The notes beneath the pieces are model-generated. The model ran no database searches. It saw only the letters and a program-made list of their open reading frames with translations, and was not told where the DNA came from. Positions 1-10,469 of a stretch of 64,000 nucleotides of DNA are shown piece after piece (the stretch's first letter is position 1; the number at the start of each line of letters is the position of its first letter). The translations under genes were made by a program, and so were the position numbers. Source of the stretch: a virus. The stretch lies in IMG/VR virus record IMGVR_UViG_3300008266_000018, positions 26,919-90,918 of that record. The stretch is one strand, 5' to 3'.

Positions 1-2822
1 ATTCAGGTCGTATAGCTGTTAAAGATGGAAATCTAGATAATTCAGAAATGAATCAAAATTATAAATATGATGATTATTCAGCATATTATTTAGGTATTAT
101 TGGCCCAATTGCTTCAATGTATACATTAGACGTAGAAGAATATATTTTAAATCTTGATACTTTAATGTTATTAGCAAATAATATATATTCAAATTATAAT
201 TTAAATAAAATTAGATTAGATACAGGAACAGGAAATCTTGCTTTTGATGAATCGATAAATGCTATAGAGTTTGTAGAATTTACTACTTTCACCAAAGAAG
301 ATTATAATAAATATTTAGCTGGGCATAAATTATTAATTTCTTATTTTGAAAATCATTTTGGTGATTCTAAACAAGCTTATGATACTTCTAAGCCTATTTT
401 AAATAAAAGCGAATCAGTCAGAATAACTGTTTTAAATTCTAGTAACGTTGAAATAGATTTATCTTCGGTTGCTATAGGGTCAGAATTTGAGCTTCCAACA
501 TGGAGTTCATCTTGGAATAATACGGTGCAGTTTAAATTTTATGTAGATGTAAATAATAGAGAGAAAAAAGATATTCTTCCTCCTAGTGAAATAGTTAATA
601 TTCCAATTTATATATCAATTAAAATTTCTATTCCTTATAATACAAATCCTATTTTAGAGCCTTTGATTAGAAATGGAGCAGTTCTAATTAAAAGAACTGG
701 AAACGCTATTGATACATCACAAGATGCTCCAACTGAAAGAGACGTATTCCAAGGCATTGCTCCTGATATTAATACTACTTTAAGTGGATCTTTATTAATT
801 GGGCGGCAATATAAAGTTTCTGGCGGCTCTATTTTTCATTCAGGAGTTGAATATACTAATAGTCAATTATTTACCGCTTCAAATACTCAGTACACTCCAA
901 GCAGTGGAACTCCAATAATTACTCCTACTAATGGAATTATGGAAATAGCTTTTCCATCTAATTTTAGTAATGAATGGGCTTTTTGGATAAACTTTTTACC
1001 ATTTAGTTCGTTTAATTCTTCTATATTTAAAAGAGAAGTGTATGGAGATACAAATAGTCCATTTATTGATAGATGTCATGTTAATTCTGATTTGCTTCCT
1101 AAAAGCGCAGAAAATAAACATATAAATTCTGGATTACCAAGAGCGTATGCTCCAGAAGCTCCACCTTCTTATAGATATCTGCCATTGATATTGCCTAATC
1201 AAATAAATTATGCTTTCCAAAATTTAGCAGTTCCATTGCTTTCCAATGGTTCAAATAAGAATACAATTGGTCGACAATTGCAAGAAAAATTTTATACTAG
1301 TTGTCAAGCTTTTAAAGCTCCATATAAAATAGTTAGAGCTTATATAGATTCGGCGCATCCAGATTCTGTTTTTATACAATTGAATAGAAAAATAGATGGA
1401 TATGATGCGTATAATACAGATAGTCAAACTCCAGGAGAAACAGCTAGAACTGATTATAATGGGTTAAAAGATTGGCTATCTGGAATAAATCCTTCAAGTT
1501 TTAGAATTGGAGATGCGTCTATAACTAATGAATTTGGACTTTTTCAATCTACTAGCGTTACTTCTAATCAATATCTTGGCTCTTATTACCCAAGATTTTT
1601 CTTCGTTAAATTAATACCAAGACCTTATTCTGATGGAAACGTTGATGGTCAACTTTCTGATTCTCCTACTAATCATGAAATGATTAAACAAGCAGAATTA
1701 TATTTAGAAGCTATGAGAGAAGGCTTTACGGCTAATTCTCAAGGAGCAACAGGAAGATTAGGATGCGAAAATATTAAAGGTCATTTAACTCCTCCAGATT
1801 TAAAATATGATCAGCTTTTTATGAATGCGACAAAGTTTTCTGGTATTGGAACGACGGTAAGAGGTTGGTTTGGAAATAAGTATCCTTCTTTATTGCCATC
1901 TTCACTTAATTTTAATTTAAGAGCGACATCTATTATACAAGGATATAGATTTGGCAAATCTTCAGTAAAAAGATATAAAGATAATCCAAGAGGCTTTGGC
2001 GCTATTCCTTATGTAGCAACATATCTTGAATCTTATGCTTCAATAGCTAAATCTATTAATTCTTTAATTTATTTTAGAGTTCCATTTCCATTAGATTACG
2101 AAGAAACAATAAGAAGCTATTCGTCTGTAGAAGATTTGCCGGGAACTTTAATACCTCAATCTTTAGGAAATTCAGGTTCTACATTTTCAACTGTATCTGG
2201 GCCGACAAGCGTATCAGATATTAAAAATACTGGCATCAAAACATTAGAAGCTACTTATAGTTTAAGGAATTTAAACGGCTCTTTAAGAGGAAGCAGCGTC
2301 AATCAAGGTTACTCTATAACTGGAAATCAAAATTCTACTACTGGACAACTCACAACTAATATAAAAATAGAAAAATATTATCAAGAAGTCGATCTAAAAT
2401 TAACTGGAATTGATGTTAATTTAGCAGATACTGCTTACGCTAATATAACAAAACTTTTACCATCTAATCCATCGTCATTTGCAACAAGAATTATATCTCA
2501 AGAATCTACTACAACTAGACAAGCTAAAGCTGATGACGTTTATTATCATGGATCTGGTACTAAATTAGAAGCTCTTACGATAGGTGATATTTTAAATACT
2601 CCTTCAGAAGGAGAATGTATTCCTGGTGTAAGTATGCAGCTTCTGCCTCCACCTTTGCTTTCAAGCCCTTTATTTTATAATTATAATATAGTTGGTTCAA
2701 ATCTTAACGGTCTTTGGACTAGATCTTCTTATAGCTCGTCAAGCCTTGGTATAAGTTTAATAGAAACTGGATTTCAAATAGTTAGATTAGAAACTCAATC
2801 TCCGCAGGTAATAATAAATTAA
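1..2822 (+). CDS. Large putative virion structural protein, probably 5'-truncated by the window
   Basis: Frame is open from nt 3 to the ATG at 48. Ser/Thr/Gly/Asn-rich, 924+ aa, no enzyme motif. Confidence 0.5.
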   Translation, partial: SGRIAVKDGNLDNSEMNQNYKYDDYSAYYLGIIGPIASMYTLDVEEYILNLDTLMLLANNIYSNYNLNKIRLDTGTGNLAFDESINAIEFVEFTTFTKEDYNKYLAGHKLLISYFENHFGDSKQAYDTSKPILNKSESVRITVLNSSNVEIDLSSVAIGSEFELPTWSSSWNNTVQFKFYVDVNNREKKDILPPSEIVNIPIYISIKISIPYNTNPILEPLIRNGAVLIKRTGNAIDTSQDAPTERDVFQGIAPDINTTLSGSLLIGRQYKVSGGSIFHSGVEYTNSQLFTASNTQYTPSSGTPIITPTNGIMEIAFPSNFSNEWAFWINFLPFSSFNSSIFKREVYGDTNSPFIDRCHVNSDLLPKSAENKHINSGLPRAYAPEAPPSYRYLPLILPNQINYAFQNLAVPLLSNGSNKNTIGRQLQEKFYTSCQAFKAPYKIVRAYIDSAHPDSVFIQLNRKIDGYDAYNTDSQTPGETARTDYNGLKDWLSGINPSSFRIGDASITNEFGLFQSTSVTSNQYLGSYYPRFFFVKLIPRPYSDGNVDGQLSDSPTNHEMIKQAELYLEAMREGFTANSQGATGRLGCENIKGHLTPPDLKYDQLFMNATKFSGIGTTVRGWFGNKYPSLLPSSLNFNLRATSIIQGYRFGKSSVKRYKDNPRGFGAIPYVATYLESYASIAKSINSLIYFRVPFPLDYEETIRSYSSVEDLPGTLIPQSLGNSGSTFSTVSGPTSVSDIKNTGIKTLEATYSLRNLNGSLRGSSVNQGYSITGNQNSTTGQLTTNIKIEKYYQEVDLKLTGIDVNLADTAYANITKLLPSNPSSFATRIISQESTTTRQAKADDVYYHGSGTKLEALTIGDILNTPSEGECIPGVSMQLLPPPLLSSPLFYNYNIVGSNLNGLWTRSSYSSSSLGISLIETGFQIVRLETQSPQVIIN

Positions 2823-2823
2823 T

Positions 2824-3060
2824 ATGAGTGTATATTTAACTTGGGGAGAAAATCAAACTACTTTTCATAGAGAAGACTTAATTAGATATTTAATTAATAA
2901 AGATAAAATTGCTACATCTAAATTATGCGGCGAATGTAAAATATTTGATAATCATAAAGAAAAATGCACCCATCCATCGTTTGGGTGCGAAAGCAATCCC
3001 ATAAGGTTTAGACCTTGGGAAAGTGAAGCTATATGTCCTAAGAAAATTAAGCCTTCGTAA
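2824..3060 (+). CDS. Small Cys-rich hypothetical protein
   Basis: CGEC..C..C..CP pattern; directly follows the large gene. Confidence 0.55.
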   Translation: MSVYLTWGENQTTFHREDLIRYLINKDKIATSKLCGECKIFDNHKEKCTHPSFGCESNPIRFRPWESEAICPKKIKPS

Positions 3061-3742
3061 TTCTATCTAGTAACTCAAAAATCTTAATCTTTGGAATCTC
3101 ATATATAGATGTCAAATTTTCGGCATCTGGATAATTCTCTTTAATAAGGCGCTTCTTAACAACTTCAAAAGAGATGTTCTTGTCTTTCATAACCTTCTCA
3201 AGCAGAGATGAAGGTTCAAAGACGTTCTTCTCTTCATCCTTGGACTTGCCAAGCTCTTCCTGAGCAACAATGTTAATCTTTAAGAAGTTGCGAACGCAGC
3301 GGCAGAAAGCGCGATTTTCAGCTATTGGGCCAAGATAGTTCTTGGCGAAATCCTTTGTATTGTATGGAGAAGCGTCTCCAATAGCGGAGAAAGTGACTTC
3401 TCTACCACCAGTCTCATAATTTGGAATAAATGAGATTGAACATACTGCCGCGACATAATCTTGATTTGGTGCAGAGACTGCATAAGATACGTTTGTGTAT
3501 CCACGAATTTGAGCTAGTTCTTTAATTCCTCCAAGAAGAATAATAAGATCTTTATCTTCTAGCTTTGTTACGTCTGTTTCCTTTGTGCGCTCTTTGTTGG
3601 AGACAAGGAATTCCTTGCGAACCATTGAACGCCAATCGATAGATCCATCTTCATTGAAGCTATATGGAACTGTTGGTTTGGTTAAGAGACCGTTTTCGTC
3701 TCGCTTGAAGTTTTCGATTATCTTTAATTCACTCACGGACAT
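3047..3742 (-). CDS. Putative ssDNA-annealing (Rad52/Sak-like) protein
   Basis: GDAS...AENRAFCRCVRNFL resembles the beta-beta-helix core of phage annealing proteins. Start may be GTG 3736. Confidence 0.45.
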   Translation of the reverse strand: MSVSELKIIENFKRDENGLLTKPTVPYSFNEDGSIDWRSMVRKEFLVSNKERTKETDVTKLEDKDLIILLGGIKELAQIRGYTNVSYAVSAPNQDYVAAVCSISFIPNYETGGREVTFSAIGDASPYNTKDFAKNYLGPIAENRAFCRCVRNFLKINIVAQEELGKSKDEEKNVFEPSSLLEKVMKDKNISFEVVKKRLIKENYPDAENLTSIYEIPKIKIFELLDRITKA

Positions 3743-3770
3743 ATCTTATCGTTTACTTGCTGTTTGTCAA
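3743..3770 (-). promoter_or_regulatory. Sigma70-type promoter
   Basis: TTGACA-16-TAAGAT on the - strand. Confidence 0.6.
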
Positions 3771-4010
3771 GTCTCTGACGATTAAAACGTTAGAAAAACT
3801 TTCAGAAAGATTAAACGAAGAAACTCTATTGAACTTATTTGGATCGTAAAAATTATTATTTATAATATCATCCTTTGAAATATAAAGTTGATTTTTATAA
3901 AGAATAACTTCATCGCATTTAAAGAATAAATCTTTGTCGTTTAAATTAAAATTAACGATTGGAGTAGTCGTCTTTTGAAAATTAATAGGCTCTACATCCA
4001 AATATTGCAT
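3753..4010 (-). CDS. Hypothetical protein
   Basis: ORF in operon arrangement. Confidence 0.5.
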   Translation of the reverse strand: MQYLDVEPINFQKTTTPIVNFNLNDKDLFFKCDEVILYKNQLYISKDDIINNNFYDPNKFNRVSSFNLSESFSNVLIVRDLTNSK

Positions 4011-4013
4011 CTT

Positions 4014-4910
4014 TCAATCATCGCAAACTTCTTCATCTAAAAACGAGAATAACAATAATTCAACTTTAGCTTTCTTGACATACTTAATAAATGTCGCGAA
4101 GTTTTCTCTATTTTTAATTTCTAAATCAATGCCAGCTATCTTGTCAGCATATTTTTGAATTATAGATTCTGGAATTTCTTTATTTGTCCTAATTCTGCAT
4201 TTTTTATTTTTTAAATGCTTTTCTAGAAACTCTAAATCAAAATGATAATCAAGTCTTATAATCGGTTCTGGTATTTGACTTAAATCATAAACGTAATCTT
4301 TAATTGGATATACGTTAATCTCAAAGAAATTCTCTTTATAATATTCGCCGCGATATAAAGTATCGTAAGGTTTATGAAATTCTAATCCAAGAAGATTTAA
4401 TATTTTTGCCGCAATATCTTCGGGCTTAATTTCATTCAATAAACCCTTTGAAGTTTTAGAATCAAATAATGGAAGATTGTTATTCTTAGAGTAATTGTTA
4501 ATTACAATTTGTTTATCTTTATTTGATAAGAATGGGCAGATTATCTTTTCATAAGCTATAGAATTAAGAATTAAGCTTTTTGTATTAACAGAAGAGCATA
4601 AATCAAAAAGTATAGAGTATTCTCCAAAATGAAGAAGGGAATTTCTAAGTATATAACTTGCAGATCCATAGTCCTTAACCTTAGAAACAGATAGAATTTT
4701 TGGATAATTTGTGCCGCCGATTTGAACGATATCGATTGCATAGCTTTTTAAAACAGGTTGAATTAAATTTAATACCTCTTGATATTGATCGTAATGTATC
4801 TTGTGAAAAGATATATATTGATTTGATCCGACAGGAGTAAATCTTTCGTATAATCTTTGATTAGTTAATTTAGCTCCAGATGCTAAAGCGAAACTTTCGG
4901 CTATGTGCAT
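4014..4910 (-). CDS. GT9-like (heptosyltransferase-like) glycosyltransferase
   Basis: IVQIGG...SYILRNSLLHFG(E) resembles the GT9 C-terminal lobe. Confidence 0.5.
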   Translation of the reverse strand: MHIAESFALASGAKLTNQRLYERFTPVGSNQYISFHKIHYDQYQEVLNLIQPVLKSYAIDIVQIGGTNYPKILSVSKVKDYGSASYILRNSLLHFGEYSILFDLCSSVNTKSLILNSIAYEKIICPFLSNKDKQIVINNYSKNNNLPLFDSKTSKGLLNEIKPEDIAAKILNLLGLEFHKPYDTLYRGEYYKENFFEINVYPIKDYVYDLSQIPEPIIRLDYHFDLEFLEKHLKNKKCRIRTNKEIPESIIQKYADKIAGIDLEIKNRENFATFIKYVKKAKVELLLFSFLDEEVCDD

Positions 4911-6814
4911 AATAGATCAAAGTTTATTATATCTTCAGAATTTCTAATATACGAATAATTAGGAAATATATCTGATAATTGAATTACTACGTCGCAATAT
5001 TTTATTTCATCTCCTTTCCCTTCTAAAAAGAAAGGAGTGGACATTTTGTCTATATAATCAATTACATAATCAAGATTTTCATTACCTTCAAAAATGTGGA
5101 AAAGATCATTTTTTGTCGCTACGATGATTTTAAAATCTTTATAGATTTCTTTTAGATTCTTTAATAAGCAGTTAGCATAAAAAGCTTCTCGCTCGCCGCT
5201 CTTTACTATTAACAATGCTTTCTTTTCTTTTATTGATTTTAAAAGTTCTAAAGTTTTATTTGGAGATTTTTTTTGCTCTTCTTTTAAAGCTACTTTTCTA
5301 AAGAAGTTTTCAACTGATTGTCTATTCTCTCCTTTGTTTAATCTATCTACCCAATGAAACAATCCTTCATCATCATCATTAACTTGGCAATTTAAAATAT
5401 TTGAATATAGAGTTTTTATCCAAGTGGCATTATCTTCTATTTTAGGAATTGCTGCGTATGGATACTTAGGAGAAACTATCTCTTTGTAATCAAATTTTTT
5501 ATTGCATTCCTCATCTATGAATTTCTCTATTTTCTTACATGTAGATTCAATAGAGTAATTTTTATAAGCCCATTCTCTAGAAATAATGCCGCGATCTTTT
5601 CTTTCTTCTTTACTCATTAAGTAGACTTTTCTAAGTTCATCCGCAATACTTGCAGCAGAAGTCGCCGCCTTAATAAATTGTGTTCCCGGCTCTCTATACT
5701 CTTCCCATTTTAAAGGAAATGATCCTGAATCTTTAGCGCAATTATCTTCTCCGCAGCTATAATTAGTAACAAGAGTAATTAACTCTGCAAATTTAGCTTC
5801 TTGAATTGGCATTTCTTGTCCACCACTAGTGAATGGATGGCAATAAACATCCATTAGATTGTAGACATCGTTCAATTCTTCTTCATCAATGCCATTGCTT
5901 GGAGAAGTAGTTACGAAAGTATCTTTTTCGCATTTGGCGCATTTCTTTTGCTTTGAAGTGGGATGTTCTACTCTAAAGTAGCCACATGATTTACAAACAA
6001 AAGTAGTTAATACGTCTTCATCTTGTAATGAAAACTCTTTCATGAACTTCTTTATGTCCCAACTTTCATCCCAACTCGTATGAAGTAGAACTTTGGCATT
6101 AGCTTCGGGATGATATTGTTTAAATAAATAGAGTCCTTTAAGAAGAGCGAAGACAGATTTCCTTAATTGATTTCTAAATACAAATCCTACAATAAAATCA
6201 TTCTGATTAATACCATGCTTTTCTCTTAAAGAAAGTTTTTCTTCGTCTGATTTTCTGTAAAATTTACTGTCATCAATCGCGCCATGATATGTTTTGACAT
6301 GGGTATGGCCCATCTTATGAAGTTCTCTTTCAGCGAACTCACTCCATACCCAGAAGTTTTTAGTCTTTTTAGCCGCTTTAACTGCACTTTCGAGAATGGG
6401 AGTTGAATCTAAAGTGGTCCACAGTATAGAGTCTATTTTAGAAAACCAATGCCGATCAATGGCAAAGTCTATACCCCAAATATCTTGAACAGCAAAATAT
6501 ACATCAGGCTTTTCTTTTTCTATTACTGAGTCTAATAAAGCTTCTCCATAGCCAAAAAGCTTCTTTCTATTCTCAGCTTCTTGAGGCTCAAGGTTTTCTA
6601 AAAGTTTTGGTATATTAGCTTCTAATGGAAAAGTTCCATATCCTTTCCAAGGAAGACGTTTAAGAACAGCGTCGTCTTCTTTTTGTGAAACGCAATATTG
6701 CGCCAAATCATACTTACCAGTTTTATATAAGTAAGAAAGAACGGCCTTAGCATTTCTGCCAAAGCCGGTCTTAGAAGTGGCGCAGTCGCTTTGAAAGAGT
6801 ATCTTCTTTTTCAA
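4901..6814 (-). CDS. GT4-family glycosyltransferase with Zn-ribbon insert and C-terminal extension
   Basis: TGFGR N-terminus, RNQLRK, YNLMDVYCHP..GGQEMPIQEA; CKSC/CAKC insert. Confidence 0.8.
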   Translation of the reverse strand: MKKKILFQSDCATSKTGFGRNAKAVLSYLYKTGKYDLAQYCVSQKEDDAVLKRLPWKGYGTFPLEANIPKLLENLEPQEAENRKKLFGYGEALLDSVIEKEKPDVYFAVQDIWGIDFAIDRHWFSKIDSILWTTLDSTPILESAVKAAKKTKNFWVWSEFAERELHKMGHTHVKTYHGAIDDSKFYRKSDEEKLSLREKHGINQNDFIVGFVFRNQLRKSVFALLKGLYLFKQYHPEANAKVLLHTSWDESWDIKKFMKEFSLQDEDVLTTFVCKSCGYFRVEHPTSKQKKCAKCEKDTFVTTSPSNGIDEEELNDVYNLMDVYCHPFTSGGQEMPIQEAKFAELITLVTNYSCGEDNCAKDSGSFPLKWEEYREPGTQFIKAATSAASIADELRKVYLMSKEERKDRGIISREWAYKNYSIESTCKKIEKFIDEECNKKFDYKEIVSPKYPYAAIPKIEDNATWIKTLYSNILNCQVNDDDEGLFHWVDRLNKGENRQSVENFFRKVALKEEQKKSPNKTLELLKSIKEKKALLIVKSGEREAFYANCLLKNLKEIYKDFKIIVATKNDLFHIFEGNENLDYVIDYIDKMSTPFFLEGKGDEIKYCDVVIQLSDIFPNYSYIRNSEDIINFDLLCT

Positions 6815-7374
6815 AAGTCGATATCGTCTCCGCTTGATTGTTGAGGAGGCTTAGGAGTTGGAGCGGGAGTTTCTGTTGCGGCTTCTTCTCCTGAAGATTC
6901 AGATTCTGCATTCTGCTTAATTGGGTTAGCGAATGAATCATGAATAATATAAATCATATACTCTCTTAGTAGGCGAGCCTCCTTGAAAGTAAGACCGATG
7001 ATAAAAGAAAGCTTTTCTTGAGAGTCCTTTCCAGTCTTATTTACTGAAAGCGAAAATCCCTTTCTTTCATTTGTATTCTTATCTACATAAGGAGCAAATC
7101 GAATCTGAATAGATTGATTTTGACTATTGTGATATTCCTTGAACTCTACATCCTTATCAACTGCTTCAAGAATACCTGCGGCTTCAGCTAAAGATAGCTT
7201 TACCTTTACGTTTCCTTTTGGATCTGTCTTGTTCTTCTGAAATGAACCAGTCTTTCTGGATTCATCCCAAGAAGCTTGCTTGATGATGCTGAACATGATG
7301 GCTCCGTCACGGGTCTTGTAGAATGAACATGCGGAACCAGAATTGCGGGGATTTGGCTTGTAGAATTGAACCAT
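6811..7374 (-). CDS. Putative ssDNA-binding protein (Whirly/PC4-like fold)
   Basis: Two beta-rich halves each ending in a helix (LSLAEA, LTFKEA), Pro-rich linker, acidic tail DDIDF. Confidence 0.5.
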   Translation of the reverse strand: MVQFYKPNPRNSGSACSFYKTRDGAIMFSIIKQASWDESRKTGSFQKNKTDPKGNVKVKLSLAEAAGILEAVDKDVEFKEYHNSQNQSIQIRFAPYVDKNTNERKGFSLSVNKTGKDSQEKLSFIIGLTFKEARLLREYMIYIIHDSFANPIKQNAESESSGEEAATETPAPTPKPPQQSSGDDIDF

Positions 7375-7422
7375 ATTTCAATTTATTATACTGTTTCTTC
7401 GAAGAAATTCGATACTTTTTCT

Positions 7423-8088
7423 TCAATCAACTGTATCTAATTCTTTGACATTATAATTAGGTTCTATCCTAGATCCATCTTTTCTTAAACTATAAAATAC
7501 AGCTTTTGTTCTTTGTACCATTATTTTTTTGTCTATTATAGACCAAGCTAAAAATGTTTCTGGATGAAACATGCCTTTTATATCTATGTATTGGTCTAAC
7601 CTTTGAAATCTTGTAAAATATATTTTCATGTTTTCATAATTGCCAAAAGCAAATCTATCATTCAATCCATGATAATTAGAAAATTTAGGTATAAAAATAT
7701 GATTAAGATTTTGTTCCGTTATTGTTTCTGGATTTTCAGGAAGAGTGGAAAATAAAGTATCTGGCCTCCATCTGATAACTACATCATGTTTGTCGCCATA
7801 TTTTTCATAAACATTCCAAACTTTTTCGAGACCCCAAAGCTGCTTTAATACTCTTTGAACCCCATGACATCCTCTAGATATATTCCAAGAATATTCCAAT
7901 CTTTCAGGCATTTCATGTTGAGGTTCAGCAATTAAGACTTTGGGCTTTAGCAAGAACGCTTTTTCAGTATCTTCGTCTAATACAGAGTGAACGTAAAAAT
8001 CAGCATTTGGATAAATTGATTTAACTTGATCGTAAGTCTTATCAAGAGTTCTCATCTGGCCGCATACTAAAACTGCAACTTTTCTCAT
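7423..8088 (-). CDS. Putative glycosyltransferase-like protein
   Basis: VAVLVCGQMR, DVVIRWRPD, NDRFAFG, HPE motifs. Confidence 0.65.
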   Translation of the reverse strand: MRKVAVLVCGQMRTLDKTYDQVKSIYPNADFYVHSVLDEDTEKAFLLKPKVLIAEPQHEMPERLEYSWNISRGCHGVQRVLKQLWGLEKVWNVYEKYGDKHDVVIRWRPDTLFSTLPENPETITEQNLNHIFIPKFSNYHGLNDRFAFGNYENMKIYFTRFQRLDQYIDIKGMFHPETFLAWSIIDKKIMVQRTKAVFYSLRKDGSRIEPNYNVKELDTVD

Positions 8089-9104
8089 TTACAAAGTTCC
8101 TTATAAATATCAGTCAAAGATTTTTTATTATTCCAGTTATAAGCTTTTTTAAACTTATTCATATCTGAAATATACCATCTGTGATCGCCGGTTCTAGAGG
8201 TTGGATTATAATTCAATTTAGCTTTTTTGTCTAATAGATTTTCTAATGCTGAAACTGCTTCTATTATAGAGCAAGATAATTGTCTGCCGCCAGTATTATA
8301 AATTTCTCCAGATTTAGGATTATTTAAAAATGTAATACAAGCATCTACTAAATCGTCAGCGTGAATATTGCATCTTACTTGTTTTCCTTCGTATCCAATA
8401 ACTGTATATTCAATATTATTTTTTATACATTTTGCAAGATATGATAAAAATCCATGAAGTGGAACTCCAGCATGATCAGATCCAGTTACACATCCAGGTC
8501 TAAAAATACCAATTTTTAATCCAAAGTGGCGACCATATTCTTGAGCGTATAAATCTCCAGCAACTTTGCTGCAACCAAAGAAGCTATGAAGACAATTATC
8601 TATTGAAAAATCTTCTTTTAATCCATTAAATAAATTGTGATCAGAAGGCAAATCTAATCTGTTTCCAAGATCTTCTAAAGGAAGTCTGTTTGGATTGTCT
8701 CCATATACTTTACTTGTTGAAATATGAGCAATAGGAGCGGTTTTATTAAATTTAAATACAGCATTAAAAATATTAATAGATCCAACCGCGTTTATTTCAA
8801 AATCTCTATGAATATTATTTGTCGCCCAATCATGAGATGGTTGTGCTGCGGTATGAATAACTCTATCAAATCCTTCATTGAACACCTTATCTATACTATT
8901 TTTATCTGCAATATCTACGGCATAATGTTTATAATTAGCATAACTAGAAAGAGTATTTAATTTACTATTAGTAGATCCTTCTTTACCAAAGAATTCTTCT
9001 CTTGCATTGCAGTCAATTCCAACTACTTCATGGCCTTCTTCAAGAAGACGCTTGCATGAAGCTAGGCCAACTAAGCCCAAAGATCCAGTAACTATATATT
9101 TCAT
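8085..9104 (-). CDS. NAD-dependent NDP-sugar epimerase (CDP-paratose 2-epimerase-like)
   Basis: TGSLGLVG, HTAAQPSH, STSKVYG, FGCSK, HGFLSY, GKQVR. Confidence 0.85.
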   Translation of the reverse strand: MKYIVTGSLGLVGLASCKRLLEEGHEVVGIDCNAREEFFGKEGSTNSKLNTLSSYANYKHYAVDIADKNSIDKVFNEGFDRVIHTAAQPSHDWATNNIHRDFEINAVGSINIFNAVFKFNKTAPIAHISTSKVYGDNPNRLPLEDLGNRLDLPSDHNLFNGLKEDFSIDNCLHSFFGCSKVAGDLYAQEYGRHFGLKIGIFRPGCVTGSDHAGVPLHGFLSYLAKCIKNNIEYTVIGYEGKQVRCNIHADDLVDACITFLNNPKSGEIYNTGGRQLSCSIIEAVSALENLLDKKAKLNYNPTSRTGDHRWYISDMNKFKKAYNWNNKKSLTDIYKELCK

Positions 9105-9105
9105 A

Positions 9106-10443
9106 TTAATTATCTTTCAAGTGTTTAGCTAGATTTCTGGCTTTTAATCCTCCATCATGCTCAGGCTTGTATTCTTCATTTATTTCTGCTCCTGAATACT
9201 TTTCTAGTTTTCCTTCTTTCTTTAAGTTAGAAAGCGGTGTTCCTTCGATTTCTGCTGTCCCACTTAATTGATGAGAATCAAATGGCAAACTATTTATATA
9301 ATTCAAAGTGTCTTGAACTTGCTCTTTTGTTTCTCCCGGCAATCCCATAGTAAATGTTCCATGAACAGTCATTCCTATTTCTTTTAGGTATTTAACAACT
9401 TCTGCCGCTTCTTTTAAATCTAGATGTTTATTAACTATATTATCTACAACGTATTGATTTCCACTTTCAAATCCGAGCTTAACGCCAAAGCATCCAGATT
9501 CTTTCATTACGCGCCAAGTATCTTTTTGAATGGTATCAGCGCGACACATAGCCGACCAAGGAAGACCAACTTCCTTCATCAACTCGCACATTTCAAGAGT
9601 ATGTTTATTTCCTAGATTAAATGTATCGTCATCAAAATAAATAGACTTATAATCATATCTACTCAATAGATTTTCGATATATCTGCCCATGTATTCTTTT
9701 GTATAATGGCGTACAGTTCTCTTAGATTTACCAAGAGGATCATTTCCTGTCATTACAGCAGGCCATACACAGAAGATGCACTTATATGGACATCCTCTGC
9801 TACTCCAAATATGTGCGTGAGGAAATACTTGCCCTCTTGGATTGCAATCATTATAACGCCACCATGTTTCATCGTTTAAATCAGGAAATGGAGCAGAGTT
9901 CATTTCCTCTAATGTCAAAAGATCATGCTGAATAATTCCTCTTTGACCATTTAAAACTTTGACGACATTTTTTTCGTATTCACCTTTAATTAATGCGATT
10001 ATACTTTCGTTCTTTAGAATCTCTTGCTCTTGATCTGCACTTGAAATCGTTCCAGTAAGAATTATTTTAAGATTTTTAAAATTCTTATTGATATAAGCTA
10101 TTACTTTCTTATCGTGATCCCAACTTGGAGTAGCTGTTTCAATAACTATATAGTCAGGCTTAAATTGATTTAAATAATTAAAATAGCTTTGATAAGATTC
10201 AGAAAGAGCGATTGAATCTCTCAAAACTACTTCGTATCCAGTTTTCTCTCTGCACCATGAAGCGGCATATCCCATAAAGAATGGATATGGAAGATATTCT
10301 CCAAATTGATATCTATCTGGGATGCATAAATATCTTTTACCTGTATGAGGCCAGCGGCTTCCAGCGCGGACTCCACGAACGAAATCATTAGAATTATCTG
10401 GATCGACATCCCACCAAGGAGGATTAGAAAATAAAACCTTCAT
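9106..10443 (-). CDS. B12-binding radical SAM protein
   Basis: SRGCPYKCIFC (CxxxCxxC), FDDDTF, GFESG, GLPGET; RAGSRWP N-terminus. Confidence 0.9.
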   Translation of the reverse strand: MKVLFSNPPWWDVDPDNSNDFVRGVRAGSRWPHTGKRYLCIPDRYQFGEYLPYPFFMGYAASWCREKTGYEVVLRDSIALSESYQSYFNYLNQFKPDYIVIETATPSWDHDKKVIAYINKNFKNLKIILTGTISSADQEQEILKNESIIALIKGEYEKNVVKVLNGQRGIIQHDLLTLEEMNSAPFPDLNDETWWRYNDCNPRGQVFPHAHIWSSRGCPYKCIFCVWPAVMTGNDPLGKSKRTVRHYTKEYMGRYIENLLSRYDYKSIYFDDDTFNLGNKHTLEMCELMKEVGLPWSAMCRADTIQKDTWRVMKESGCFGVKLGFESGNQYVVDNIVNKHLDLKEAAEVVKYLKEIGMTVHGTFTMGLPGETKEQVQDTLNYINSLPFDSHQLSGTAEIEGTPLSNLKKEGKLEKYSGAEINEEYKPEHDGGLKARNLAKHLKDN

Positions 10444-10469
10444 ATTGAATTATATTTGAATAAATAAAA

